Shown: positions 37,348 to 47,200 of the stretch, piece by piece
Numbering within the stretch: the stretch's first letter is position 1
Layout of the letters: the number at the start of each line of letters is the position of its first letter
The notes under the pieces: generated by a model
Told to the model about the DNA's origin: nothing
What the model saw: only the letters and a program-made list of their open reading frames with translations
The model's database searches: none
Origin: an uncultured bacterium
GTDB lineage: Bacteria; Fidelibacterota; Marinisomatia; Marinisomatales; AB-629-J13
Length of the DNA: 64,000 nt
Assembly (NCBI GenBank): GCA_964496365.1
Contig: CAZBZK010000001.1
Coordinates: forward strand, 18,254 to 82,253
Direction of reading: 5' to 3'
Translations under genes and position numbers: made by a program

Positions 37348-38703
37348 TCAAAAGTTTGCGACTGATAAATCCCGACTAATTTGACTAATGAATTTGTTCA
37401 CAACCCCTTTTTGTTTATATACTTTTTCAACTTGCGAACAAGCATGCAATACTGTGGTATGGTCTCTTCCTCCAAAAAACAAACCGATTGAATGAAGTGT
37501 GTTTTGGGTTAGCTCCCTGCACAAATACATAGCAATATGCCTCGTTTTTACCAATTCTTTTCGTCGAGAAGGCCCTACTAATAATTTTAAAGGTACACTT
37601 CTTAATTCTGCTACTTTTTTTACTATATCCTCCAAGCTCAATTCTACAATCATTTCTTTCCCTAGCTTTTCCTTAATAACTTGTTCTACTAAGGTTCTGT
37701 TTATTTCAACACCATATAATGAAGAATTTGCCAGAAGACGAATAATGATTCCCTCTAAAACTCTAATGTTTGTTTTAATATGGGTGGCGATAAGTTCGGT
37801 TAAATCATAAGGAAGTTCTAGACCGTTTTGCTGTGCCTTTTCTAAGAGAATTGCAACTCTGGTTTCAAAGTCTGGAGGTTGAATGTCCACTGAAAGTCCA
37901 GACTGAAATCTGGAAACTAAACGCTCTTGGAGTCCCTCCATGTCTCCGGGGTAAGTATCTGCCGATAATACGATTTGTTTGTTCAATTGATACAATTCAT
38001 TGAATGTATGAAAAAACTGCTCCTGTGTTTGTTCCTTGCCTTTAAAAAACTGAATGTCGTCAACAAGTAAAATATCAGCTTTTCTATATTTTTTTGTAAA
38101 CTCGTTGTTTGTGTTTTTTTGAATGCTGTTGATAAACTCTTGAGTGAATTTTTCACTGGTTTCTAACACCACTTTTTTCTTTACATCCTCCGATAAAATT
38201 TGATTCCCAATCGCATGAAGTAGGTGTGTTTTTCCTAACCCGACACCTCCATAAATAACAAGCGGATTGAAATTTGATTCACCCGGGTTTTTGGCAACGG
38301 TTACTGCGGCGGCTTTTGCAAATTGACTATTAGAACCTTCAATAAAATTAGAAAATCTTTGATTTTTATTTATAAATGTAACTCTTTTGGGGGGTGCTAT
38401 GTTTTTCCTATCATTTACGTCTGGCTCATTAATTATTCTACCCGCTTCTGTGGAAACTGTATATTTTATATTAATTTTGTTTCCACGACTATTCATTACT
38501 TTTTTATCGATTATATCACGATAGTGTGTGTCCAGCCATTCAAAGAAAAATTGATTTGGAACCTCTAAGATAAGTTCTGTTTCGTTGAGTGCAACCGATT
38601 TTATAGGAGCAATCCACGTATTGAACGCATGTTCCGGCATTTCTGTTTTTAGTGATGTCCTTACAGAGTTCCAAACCGATTGATGCATCAGTATCTTTTC
38701 CAC
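37348..38703 (-). CDS. dnaA: Chromosomal replication initiator protein DnaA
   Basis: AAA+ Walker A GGVGLGKTHLLHA, box VII/sensor regions, and a C-terminal DNA-binding domain (IAMYLCRELT...IGLFFGGRDHTTVLHA). Confidence 0.95.
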   Translation of the reverse strand: MEKILMHQSVWNSVRTSLKTEMPEHAFNTWIAPIKSVALNETELILEVPNQFFFEWLDTHYRDIIDKKVMNSRGNKINIKYTVSTEAGRIINEPDVNDRKNIAPPKRVTFINKNQRFSNFIEGSNSQFAKAAAVTVAKNPGESNFNPLVIYGGVGLGKTHLLHAIGNQILSEDVKKKVVLETSEKFTQEFINSIQKNTNNEFTKKYRKADILLVDDIQFFKGKEQTQEQFFHTFNELYQLNKQIVLSADTYPGDMEGLQERLVSRFQSGLSVDIQPPDFETRVAILLEKAQQNGLELPYDLTELIATHIKTNIRVLEGIIIRLLANSSLYGVEINRTLVEQVIKEKLGKEMIVELSLEDIVKKVAELRSVPLKLLVGPSRRKELVKTRHIAMYLCRELTQNTLHSIGLFFGGRDHTTVLHACSQVEKVYKQKGVVNKFISQISRDLSVANF

Positions 38704-38706
38704 AAG

Positions 38707-38715
38707 TTATCCACA
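38707..38715 (+). promoter_or_regulatory. Perfect DnaA box TTATCCACA immediately upstream of dnaA start
   Basis: An exact 9-mer consensus 4 nt from the dnaA initiation codon (38703, minus strand). The position is consistent with autoregulation. Confidence 0.5.
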
Positions 38716-38803
38716 TTTCTTTTTCTTCTCATTTTCGGTTTAAAATTAATCAAAAATACGAGTGTTTCCCAATTATATATTTTATGAATTAAAGATATAT
38801 TTG

Positions 38804-38830
38804 ATTGTTTGGGGATTTGTTTGGGGATTT
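38804..38830. repeat. Tandem G-tract repeat ATTGTTTGGGG ATTTGTTTGGGG ATTT in dnaA-rpmH intergenic region
   Basis: Direct reading of the sequence: two adjacent 11/12-nt units differing by one T. Confidence 0.6.
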
Positions 38831-38916
38831 CATGGTTGGAAAATAATTTATTGAAAAAAATTTGGCTTTTTTACATTATAAGTGTAGCTTTGCCGGCTAA
38901 ATAAGAGGATTATTTT

Positions 38917-39051
38917 ATGAAAAGGACATATCAACCTCATAATAAAAAGAGGAAGCGCACCCATGGGTTTAGAAGTAGAATGGCGTCTAAAGCTGGTAGG
39001 AGAGTTTTATCCCGGCGGCGTAAGCGGTGCAGAAAGTCTCTTTCTGTATAA
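38917..39051 (+). CDS. rpmH: 50S ribosomal protein L34
   Basis: Not in the ORF track (44 aa). ATG at 38917 translates to [44 protein letters not shown], the canonical L34 sequence pattern. SD-like AAGAGGA upstream. Confidence 0.9.
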   Translation: MKRTYQPHNKKRKRTHGFRSRMASKAGRRVLSRRRKRCRKSLSV

Positions 39052-39058
39052 AATAGAT

Positions 39059-39304
39059 ATGTGTATAGGGTTTGTTGTCAAAACAATAGACAAGTTTATT
39101 TTGACAGCCCTGAAGATTGTTCTCTTCGGTTACAAACTTTGTCTCTCTCCCTTTTTTGGCTCTCGGTGTCGTTTCAGCCCCACCTGCTCTGATTACGCAA
39201 TGATAGTTTTGACAAAACATTCTTCTTTCATCTCTCTCTTTTATATTCTTAAAAGGTTATTTAAATGTCATCCTTTTCACCCAGGGGGTTTTGATCCGAT
39301 ATAA
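39059..39304 (+). CDS. yidD: Membrane protein insertion efficiency factor YidD
   Basis: C-terminal part YKLCLSPFFGSRCRFSPTCSDYA...KRLFKCHPFHPGGFDP is the YidD signature. The track ORF (38963) would overlap rpmH, so internal ATG 39059 is preferred. Confidence 0.85.
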   Translation: MCIGFVVKTIDKFILTALKIVLFGYKLCLSPFFGSRCRFSPTCSDYAMIVLTKHSSFISLFYILKRLFKCHPFHPGGFDPI

Positions 39305-39306
39305 AC

Positions 39307-40980
39307 ATGGATAGACGCTCCTTATTGGCGCTTTTTCTTATCGCTTTGGTGTTCATTGCGACACCTTATTATTTTAAACTTATTTCCCCCGAACCGCCAA
39401 TTGTAATAAAAGAAAAAGAACCCTCAACAATACCCAATGTTGAGCCTGCAAAACTCATTGCATTACCTAAAGATGACATATCCCCTCAAAATATAGAGGA
39501 AAAAACTATTTCCGTTGATACGCCTTTATATTCCGCTGAATTTTCCACATACAATGGAGGATCCATAAAAAGTTATAAATTGAAAGACTATTTAGGGGCT
39601 GACTCATCTGCAGTAAATCTGATTTTTCAACAAAACCTAAACAATCTATTTATGTCCTTTGTTGATATAAATGGAACTTTTAATTCTTTAAGTAACTCCT
39701 GGAATACCTCTGAAACCAACCATAGTTTAGATGTTTATGATTCTCCTGTTTCTTTAGAGTTTTACCGCACTTTTGGGAAAGAAACAATCGTTAAAACGAT
39801 TGAGGTCGACCCGCAGTCTTATGTAATAAACATTGTTACTGATTTGACTGAGATCAGTGATGATATTTCAGGTAGCACATATACACTGGGTTGGGAAGGG
39901 GGGCTTCCTCCTACAGAGACTAACCTTTCTGACGATGTTTCTTATTTTAATGGATACGTTTTTCAGGCGGACGATGCATATGAGTTTTCTAAAGTAGCTC
40001 CAAAACTGAAGAAAAGCTCAAACGGTGAGCTAGCGGAAATCCGAGGTGCTACTGAGTGGGCTGCTGTAAAAACAAAATATTTTGCTGCTGTTTTGCTGCC
40101 AAAAAATGGTAGTGATGTTTGTTGGGGAGGACAAAAACAAATTCAAATGGGTGATGTTTCTATTCCTTTGTTTAGTATGGCTGTTGGGTTAGAAAAAGAT
40201 CGAGCCTCTACTACAGCTTTATATTTAGGGCCCTTGGAATACAGTTCAATTAAAAAAGTAAATGCGGGAATTCCCTCCATAATGAATTTTGGGTTTTCGA
40301 TAATAAGACCCATTAGTAAGGGTGTCTTATGGCTTTTGAAGTCCCTTCATGTGTGGATTCCTAATTATGGAATTGTCCTTATTTTGTTTTCTATCCTCGT
40401 TAAAATTTTGGTTTACCCTCTTACCAAAAAAAGCCATCAGTCCTCTAAAGAAATGCAAGCTCTTCAACCAGAAATAGCAATTTTAAAAGAAAAACATAAA
40501 AACAACCCTCAAAAACTAAACCAAGCAACCATGGGGCTTTACAAAGAACATGGGGTAAACCCGCTGGGAGGTTGTCTTCCTATCTTGCTACAAATGCCCC
40601 TGCTTTTTTCTTTATTTCAGGTTTTCCGATCTACCATTGAGTTAAGAGGCGCTTACTTTGTTGGTTGGATTACTGACCTTTCTGCCCCTGATGTTGTTTT
40701 TACCTTACCGTTTTCCTTGCCTCTTTATGGAGATGGTGTTGCCATTCTCCCTTTGGTTATGGGAATTACAATGTTTATTCAACAAAAAATGATGCCAACA
40801 CAGTCTTCTGGTCAACAAAAGTTTATGGCTTATTTTATGACAGGATTTTTTGTTTTGCTTTTTAATACTTTCCCTTCTGGACTAAATTTATATTACACTT
40901 TGTTTAATGCTCTTACCATACTCCAACAAAAATATCTTACACCCTCTGTTCCCGAGATTGCATCTACACAGAAAAAATGA
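39307..40980 (+). CDS. yidC: Membrane protein insertase YidC
   Basis: 557 aa with an N-terminal TM, a large periplasmic domain and the conserved C-terminal core (YPLTKKSHQSSKEMQALQPE...GCLPILLQMPLLFSLF). Confidence 0.9.
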   Translation: MDRRSLLALFLIALVFIATPYYFKLISPEPPIVIKEKEPSTIPNVEPAKLIALPKDDISPQNIEEKTISVDTPLYSAEFSTYNGGSIKSYKLKDYLGADSSAVNLIFQQNLNNLFMSFVDINGTFNSLSNSWNTSETNHSLDVYDSPVSLEFYRTFGKETIVKTIEVDPQSYVINIVTDLTEISDDISGSTYTLGWEGGLPPTETNLSDDVSYFNGYVFQADDAYEFSKVAPKLKKSSNGELAEIRGATEWAAVKTKYFAAVLLPKNGSDVCWGGQKQIQMGDVSIPLFSMAVGLEKDRASTTALYLGPLEYSSIKKVNAGIPSIMNFGFSIIRPISKGVLWLLKSLHVWIPNYGIVLILFSILVKILVYPLTKKSHQSSKEMQALQPEIAILKEKHKNNPQKLNQATMGLYKEHGVNPLGGCLPILLQMPLLFSLFQVFRSTIELRGAYFVGWITDLSAPDVVFTLPFSLPLYGDGVAILPLVMGITMFIQQKMMPTQSSGQQKFMAYFMTGFFVLLFNTFPSGLNLYYTLFNALTILQQKYLTPSVPEIASTQKK

Positions 40981-42338
40981 GATCGGCCGATACAATTGTA
41001 GCAGCCGCTACTCCCTATGGTTTTGGTGGAATTTCCGTTGTCAGAATGAGTGGTGCCGATTCAAAAACCATAATTGAATCCCTTTCTCTCTCTAAAAAAC
41101 ACAAACCTGTTTTTCAACACAAAAAAGTTACCCTCGTTAGGATTTTGGATAACAACAGAGTCCCTTTTGAGGAAGGATTGGTTACATATTTCAAAAAACC
41201 TTTTTCTTATACAGGAGAAAATGTGGTTGAAATTTCCTGTCATGGAAATCCATCAATTGTAAATAAAATTATTTCCGTTTGTTGTGATTCCGGTGCACGA
41301 ATAGCTGAACACGGAGAGTTTACAAAACGTGCTTTTCTTAACGGAAAACTCGACTTAATTCAAGCAGAGTCCGTTGCCTCTCTTATACAATCAAAAACCG
41401 ATGTTGGGGCTTCTTTAAATTTTAAAATACTCGATGGAGGTCTGTCCAAAACCATGGGAGAACTAAAAGAGTCTCTGGTTAGTCTGCTGTCAAAGATTGA
41501 ATTTGAGCTTGATGTAAACGAAGAAGACCTACAGCCAAACCTTGAAAAAGAAACTCTAAGGTTTTTAGACACGTGTGAATCTCTACTAAACAAGGCGGCA
41601 TCAAACCATAGCTCATATCGGATGTTAAATGAAGGTGCAAATGTTGTGATTTGTGGAAGACCTAATGTTGGAAAATCTACCCTTCTCAACCTTCTTTCCG
41701 GCTCAAACAGGGCAATTACCAGCCCACAACCGGGAACCACGAGAGACACCATAGAGTCTTCCATTGTTCTTGGAGGCTACCCCGTTAAACTGATAGATAC
41801 TGCTGGGTTTCGCTCTTCTAAAGATGAAATTGAAATAGAAGGCATCGCAAGAACAGAACAAAATATATCAAAGGCAGATTGTGTTCTTGCGTTAACCTCT
41901 GTAGACTGTGATTTGACACCTCCGCCCTTTGATTGTGAGAAAAATACTATGATTTATGTCATTAATAAATCTGATCTGTGTACCCCTGTTTCCCTTGGGT
42001 TATTAAAAAAGAATTATCCTGATGCGTGTGTTTTATCAGCTAAATCTTCTGACGGAATAGAGAATCTATTGCGTGTTATTAAAAACAAACTTGGGCGAGC
42101 TCCATCCCTTGGTAGTTCCGTTCCTTTGGTAACGTCCCGACAAAACCAGATTGTAAAAAACGTTTTACACTGTATTAATGGTGCTAAAAAGCTTATATCT
42201 GCATCCGATAAATCCCCTTATGAACTTATCGCTTTTGAACTTCGTGATGCTCTGGGGTATTTAGATTTAATTATGGGGGAAACCATTACGGACGATATTC
42301 TTGATAGAGTTTTTAGCGATTTTTGTGTGGGTAAATAG
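40977..42338 (+). CDS. mnmE: tRNA modification GTPase MnmE
   Basis: N-terminal TIVAAATP...GGISVVRMSG, G domain GRPNVGKSTLLN / DTAG / NKSD, and the C-terminal FCVGK motif. Confidence 0.9.
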   Translation: MRSADTIVAAATPYGFGGISVVRMSGADSKTIIESLSLSKKHKPVFQHKKVTLVRILDNNRVPFEEGLVTYFKKPFSYTGENVVEISCHGNPSIVNKIISVCCDSGARIAEHGEFTKRAFLNGKLDLIQAESVASLIQSKTDVGASLNFKILDGGLSKTMGELKESLVSLLSKIEFELDVNEEDLQPNLEKETLRFLDTCESLLNKAASNHSSYRMLNEGANVVICGRPNVGKSTLLNLLSGSNRAITSPQPGTTRDTIESSIVLGGYPVKLIDTAGFRSSKDEIEIEGIARTEQNISKADCVLALTSVDCDLTPPPFDCEKNTMIYVINKSDLCTPVSLGLLKKNYPDACVLSAKSSDGIENLLRVIKNKLGRAPSLGSSVPLVTSRQNQIVKNVLHCINGAKKLISASDKSPYELIAFELRDALGYLDLIMGETITDDILDRVFSDFCVGK

Positions 42339-42352
42339 TTTCACGTGAAACA
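42338..42352. repeat. GTTTCACGTGAAACA element, copy 1 (14-bp perfect palindrome) at mnmE/mnmG junction
   Basis: Read directly. It starts on the last base of the mnmE stop codon, and its central GTG (42345) is the mnmG start codon. Confidence 0.9.
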
Positions 42353-44225
42353 TTCTGTCTTTCAAGTGGATGTGGTGGTTGCGGGTGGCGGACACGCAGG
42401 TATTGAGGCTTCTCTTGTATGTGGAAAGCTAGGACTGTCCGTAGCCCTAGTAACAATAGACACCTTGGCTATTGGGAGAATGTCTTGTAACCCAGCAATT
42501 GGAGGACAAGCAAAAGGACAAATAGTAAGAGAAATTGATGTTTTGGGTGGTGTAATGGGTCGGGTGGCAGACATATCTGCACTACAATATAAAATGCTTA
42601 ATAAGTCAAAGGGGCGAGCTGTTTGGTCTCCCCGTGCCCAGATCGATAAAAGACAGTATGAAAAAGAAGTGGTTTGTCAAGTATCCAAAAACAAACATGT
42701 CCATGTGGTTCGTGGGGAGGTTGTAGATGTTCTTGTTGTTGGAGGTGCTGTTTCTGGTGTTTTGTTAAGGTCTGGTGAAAAAATTTCGAGCAAGGCTGTT
42801 GTGATTACGTGTGGAACCTTTCTCGGTGGGCTTATTCATGTTGGTGATCAAAAAATAAAAGCGGGACGAATGGGAGAGACACGCAGCCAAGGAATAACGG
42901 AGTCCCTGTCTCTTCTTGGTTTTCGGTCTGGAAGGCTTAAAACAGGCACGCCTCCTCGGCTTAAAACATCCTCTGTTGATTTTACAAAATGTAGTGTGTC
43001 TTCGGGAGACAAACATCCTGTTCCTTTTTCTCATTTTACCTCCGTTTTTACCCCACCCAACGTGCCATGTTATTTAACCAAAACCAACAAAAAGAGTCAT
43101 AAGGTTATTCAGAAAAACCTTGAGTCTTCCCCCATGTTTTCTGGAGACGTCGGTGGGACAGGGCCACGGTATTGTCCATCCATAGAGGATAAAATATTTA
43201 GATTTTCTCAAAAAGACAGCCATGTTCTTTTTTTAGAACCAGAGTGGTATTGCTCGGATCAAATCTATTTGAATGGTTTTTCTACCAGCCTTCCTGAAGC
43301 AATTCAAAAACAAGCATTAATGTGTGTTTCCGGACTCGAAAAAGTAGAAATATTGAGGCCGGGATACGCAATTGAATATGATTTTTTCCCACCATCACAG
43401 CTTAAATCAACTCTTGAAACCAAATTAATATCTAATCTTTTTTTAGCCGGGCAAATTAACGGCACATCTGGATATGAAGAAGCTGCTGGGCAGGGTTTGG
43501 TTGCAGGAATAAATGCAGCAATGTCTATTCATGAACGAGACCCTTTGGTTTTAACAAGAGAAAACTCATATTTGGGTGTAATGATTGATGATTTAATCAC
43601 CAAAGACACCCTCGAGCCTTACCGAATGTTTACATCCCGTGCCGAAAACCGCTTGTTGTTGCGGTATTCTAATGCGGACAGAAGGCTGCTTGAGTTAGCA
43701 AAAAGAATTGGTGTCCTCTCTAAAAATGAGGTTGTGTTGTTAGAAAAGAAAATTTCTCTTACTGACTATTATATTAAACAAACAAAAACCTCTCTCTCCC
43801 CCCAAACAATTAACCCCGCTTTAGAAGCCAAAAACGAAACACCTGTAAATCAAAAAATTCCTTTTAAAGAGGTTCTTAAGCGTCCATCTGTATCCTTATC
43901 TGATTTTTATCCATTGTTTTTTAAAGAAACACAGGAAGAAGAATCTCTGCCAGGACACCACACAAAAGAATCTTTGCTTGAAGCCGAAACAACCATTAAA
44001 TATGAAGGATATATCAAAAGACAAAATGAGCACTTAAACAGAATAAAATCTAACCGAGAAAAACCAATTCCCTTTGGTTTTGACTATAAAAATCTGGTCG
44101 GTTTGTCTTCCGAAGCCAAAGAAAAACTAATGAACATTAAGCCTGAAAACCTGGGACAAGCCGGGAGGATTTCTGGAATAACACCATCAGACATCTCTGT
44201 CTTGTCGGTATATTTGTACAAATAA
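42345..44225 (+). CDS. mnmG: tRNA uridine 5-carboxymethylaminomethyl modification enzyme MnmG (GidA)
   Basis: FAD motif VDVVVAGGGHAGIEAS, plus MSCNPAIGG and GPRYCPSIEDK. 626 aa. GTG start, forced by an in-frame TAG 9 nt upstream. Confidence 0.95.
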   Translation: MKHSVFQVDVVVAGGGHAGIEASLVCGKLGLSVALVTIDTLAIGRMSCNPAIGGQAKGQIVREIDVLGGVMGRVADISALQYKMLNKSKGRAVWSPRAQIDKRQYEKEVVCQVSKNKHVHVVRGEVVDVLVVGGAVSGVLLRSGEKISSKAVVITCGTFLGGLIHVGDQKIKAGRMGETRSQGITESLSLLGFRSGRLKTGTPPRLKTSSVDFTKCSVSSGDKHPVPFSHFTSVFTPPNVPCYLTKTNKKSHKVIQKNLESSPMFSGDVGGTGPRYCPSIEDKIFRFSQKDSHVLFLEPEWYCSDQIYLNGFSTSLPEAIQKQALMCVSGLEKVEILRPGYAIEYDFFPPSQLKSTLETKLISNLFLAGQINGTSGYEEAAGQGLVAGINAAMSIHERDPLVLTRENSYLGVMIDDLITKDTLEPYRMFTSRAENRLLLRYSNADRRLLELAKRIGVLSKNEVVLLEKKISLTDYYIKQTKTSLSPQTINPALEAKNETPVNQKIPFKEVLKRPSVSLSDFYPLFFKETQEEESLPGHHTKESLLEAETTIKYEGYIKRQNEHLNRIKSNREKPIPFGFDYKNLVGLSSEAKEKLMNIKPENLGQAGRISGITPSDISVLSVYLYK

Positions 44226-44226
44226 A

Positions 44227-47200
44227 ATGGTTTCACGTGAAACAGAGTCGTGGACCATAGACCAATTTTTATATTGGCATAAGAAAAACATATTAAACGA
44301 ACGTTTTGATGAAACGGTTGATATGTCTATTGATGCTCTTTCTGTCGTTCTTTTGTCTTTGATAAACGCTTCTGATGGATTTGCTGTTGTTCTATCTCCA
44401 AAAGAGGCTGATGCCTTTTTGTTTTATTCATCCTGTTATGGTCTTTGTTCTGACTTGTCGTTTTTTTTGCCCGGGCAGAGCATGTCTGGTGTGGGGGTTT
44501 CAGGCTTTATAACCGAAAACCAACGGTTTCGTGAAGAGGCCTGTTTTGTGATGAGCCGTATGAAAAAAAGAGGGCTGTTGTTTTCTTCTCGGGATGCCGT
44601 GGATAGTGTTCTAATGCCAACAGTGTCGGACAATAACAAGCCGCTGAAATTTTCTATCAACACTAAAATAAAAATGTCTTTTGTGGTTCACTATCTCAAT
44701 CTCTGGGGCTATATAAAAACGGATCGGGTTGTTAATCCTTTATATTATTCTGTAAGAGGTGGGATTTTGGACATTTTTCCTGTAAACTCAAGGAACCCCG
44801 TTCGGGTCGAGTTTTTTGGCGATACCATTGAATCAATAAGGTTGTTTAATCCCTATTCACAGCGTACCATAAAAAAAACAAATCGGGTTATGATTCTTCC
44901 CCGTGGTTCGGAAAGACAACAAAAAAAACAACCAATTTCCTCCTTTGTTCGAGAAAAAAAGGAGATATGGGAGTGGGAAATAAAGCAAGCAAACCCTAAC
45001 CTTTACCGTTTAAAATTAAACAAAAAACAGCATGAGTTATCTTGGGGGTCATATCTCCCTTTTTCAAAGAAGCTCATTCTCTCTTTTTCCGAGAACAATA
45101 TAAATAAAACTTGTTTTGTGTTTTCTGAAAAAAACGGTCCCCTAAGGCTCCCTGACCCTTTTCAAAAGCCATCAAACATAAAACGAGTTAATGCAACGAT
45201 TGGTTCTGGGTTTTTCCTTAAAGAAAATGTGGCTGTTTTGGGAACAAACAATATTCCAGAGCTATCCGTTTCCCAAAAATCCCGGTGGATGATTGATGGA
45301 GATGGTGGAGCTTCTCACTCTAAAATATTAGACATTTCTGACCTTGAGTGGGAAGAGCCCCTTGTTCACGAAGATTTTGGCATCGGAACCTATCGTGGTT
45401 TAGAGGTAACCAGCGGGGGAGAGTGTATTAAATTAAAATATGCTGATGGTGGTGCTGTATATGTTCCAGTAGCCAGCTTTCATAAGATCCACCGCCTCGT
45501 TGGCGTTCCTGATGGATCCATTAAAATATCGTCCTTAAAAACAAAACAGTGGGGGCGGAAAAAAACAGCAGTAAAACAATATGCGGAAAGCATTGCTGGA
45601 GATTTACTAAAAACATATTTGGAAAGACAAGCCTCTCGTGGATTTTCATACACCCACAACGGAGACTTATACAAGGCGGTTTGTGAGTCTTTCCCGTATA
45701 ACGAAACGAAAGATCAGCTTGTTGCATTAAAAGATGTGATTCTGGACATGAAACGCTCCGTTCCTATGGATAGATTGATTTGTGGCGATGTTGGTTTTGG
45801 AAAAACTGAAATTGCAATTCGAGCTAGCATAATGGCAATAGAGAGTGGTAAAATGGTTTTTGTCTTGGCCCCAACTACGGTATTGGCAAACCAACACTTT
45901 ATTAGCTTTTGTGGACGGTTTTCCCCTTTGGGGGCTCGTGTTGAGCTTTTATCCAGATTTAGAACAAAAAGAGAACAAAATGGTATTATTGAGTTGGTAG
46001 GTAATGGCAAAATAGATGTTTTAGTTGGTACACATCGCTTGCTCTCTGATGATGTTAATACAGAAGGTTTAGGTTTAATTGTCATTGATGAAGAACATCG
46101 TTTTGGAGTTAAACAAAAAGAAAAAATTAAGTCCCTAAAGGCTTCCATAGACATTTTAACACTTACTGCAACACCCATTCCCAGAACATTGAAACAATCC
46201 TTGACTGGAATGAAAAACATAAGCGTAATAAACACCCCCCCCAAATCAAGAAAACCTATTAAAACTTTTGTCCTTTATTTTGATTGGGAGAAAATATTTA
46301 AGATTATTGAAGCAGAGGTCAACCGAGGAGGACAAGTTTACTTCGTCCATAATAATATTCAGTCTCTACCGTTTATCAATGAAAAAATTGAAACAAAGTT
46401 TAAGAACTGTATTGTTCGCTCCGCTCATGGTAAAATGAACAGTAGGGTTCTGGAGAAAACAATGCTTGGTTTTTTCAATTCAGAAATTGACATTTTATGT
46501 TGTACCACTATCGTTGGATCAGGGTTAGACATTCCTAGTGCAAACACGATGATTGTCAACAACGCCCATTGTTTCGGGCTTTCACAACTTTATCAGATTC
46601 GTGGTCGGGTTGGCAGAAGCGTTCAACAAGGATTTTGCTATCTTTTTGTTCCAAAAGGCAGAGCTGTTGAGGGGGTCGCCTTCCAGCGATTAAAAACCCT
46701 TGAGCAAAACACAAGTCTTGGTTCCGGTTATAAGGTTGCACTAAAAGACATGAATATAAGGGGAGCTGGAGACCTGTTTGGTACGAAACAAAGTGGTGGG
46801 GTTTCAAGCGTGGGGTTTCATATGTATAATAAGATTTTGAAAGAAGCTCTCGATAAAGAACGTGGAATAAAACACGAGAAAAACATCCCAAAAATTTCTA
46901 CTGCCTTTTCTTCCGGAATACCAGAAGACTATATGCCTCTCGCTGAAGACCGTCTATATTTTTACCAAACATTAGCATTGGCAAGCTCACTAAAAAAAGT
47001 TAATGACATAAAAGAGGAGGTAATCGATCGGTTTGGAAGGGTTCCTGTTGGTGTCTTGTTCTTGTTGGAGATTTCAAGGCTTCGTGTTTTGTTAACCAAC
47101 TCTTCTGTTCAACAAGTATATATTCATAAAAAAGGTCTCGATCTTTCCGTTACCTCTTTGTCTCCTTTTACCGAGGTTGAAGATTTTTATACTCAAATCT

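Noticed and set aside
38704-38916. dnaA-rpmH spacer as the replication origin
   Set aside because: It has only one DnaA box and no box cluster or clear box-plus-DUE architecture. The 49.48-49.70 kb region is a much better candidate. It cannot be excluded as a second origin sub-region without GC-skew or experimental data.
38963-39304. 113-aa ORF-track version of yidD starting at 38963
   Set aside because: Its first 32 codons overlap rpmH in another frame and have no YidD similarity. The internal ATG at 39059 gives a normal ~81-aa YidD directly after the rpmH stop.
40982-40991. GC-rich 10-bp palindrome ATCGGCCGAT just after the mnmE start codon
   Set aside because: It is a single short copy within coding sequence (codons R-S-A-D) and unrelated in sequence to the GTTTCACGTGAAAC element. 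It is likely coincidental.
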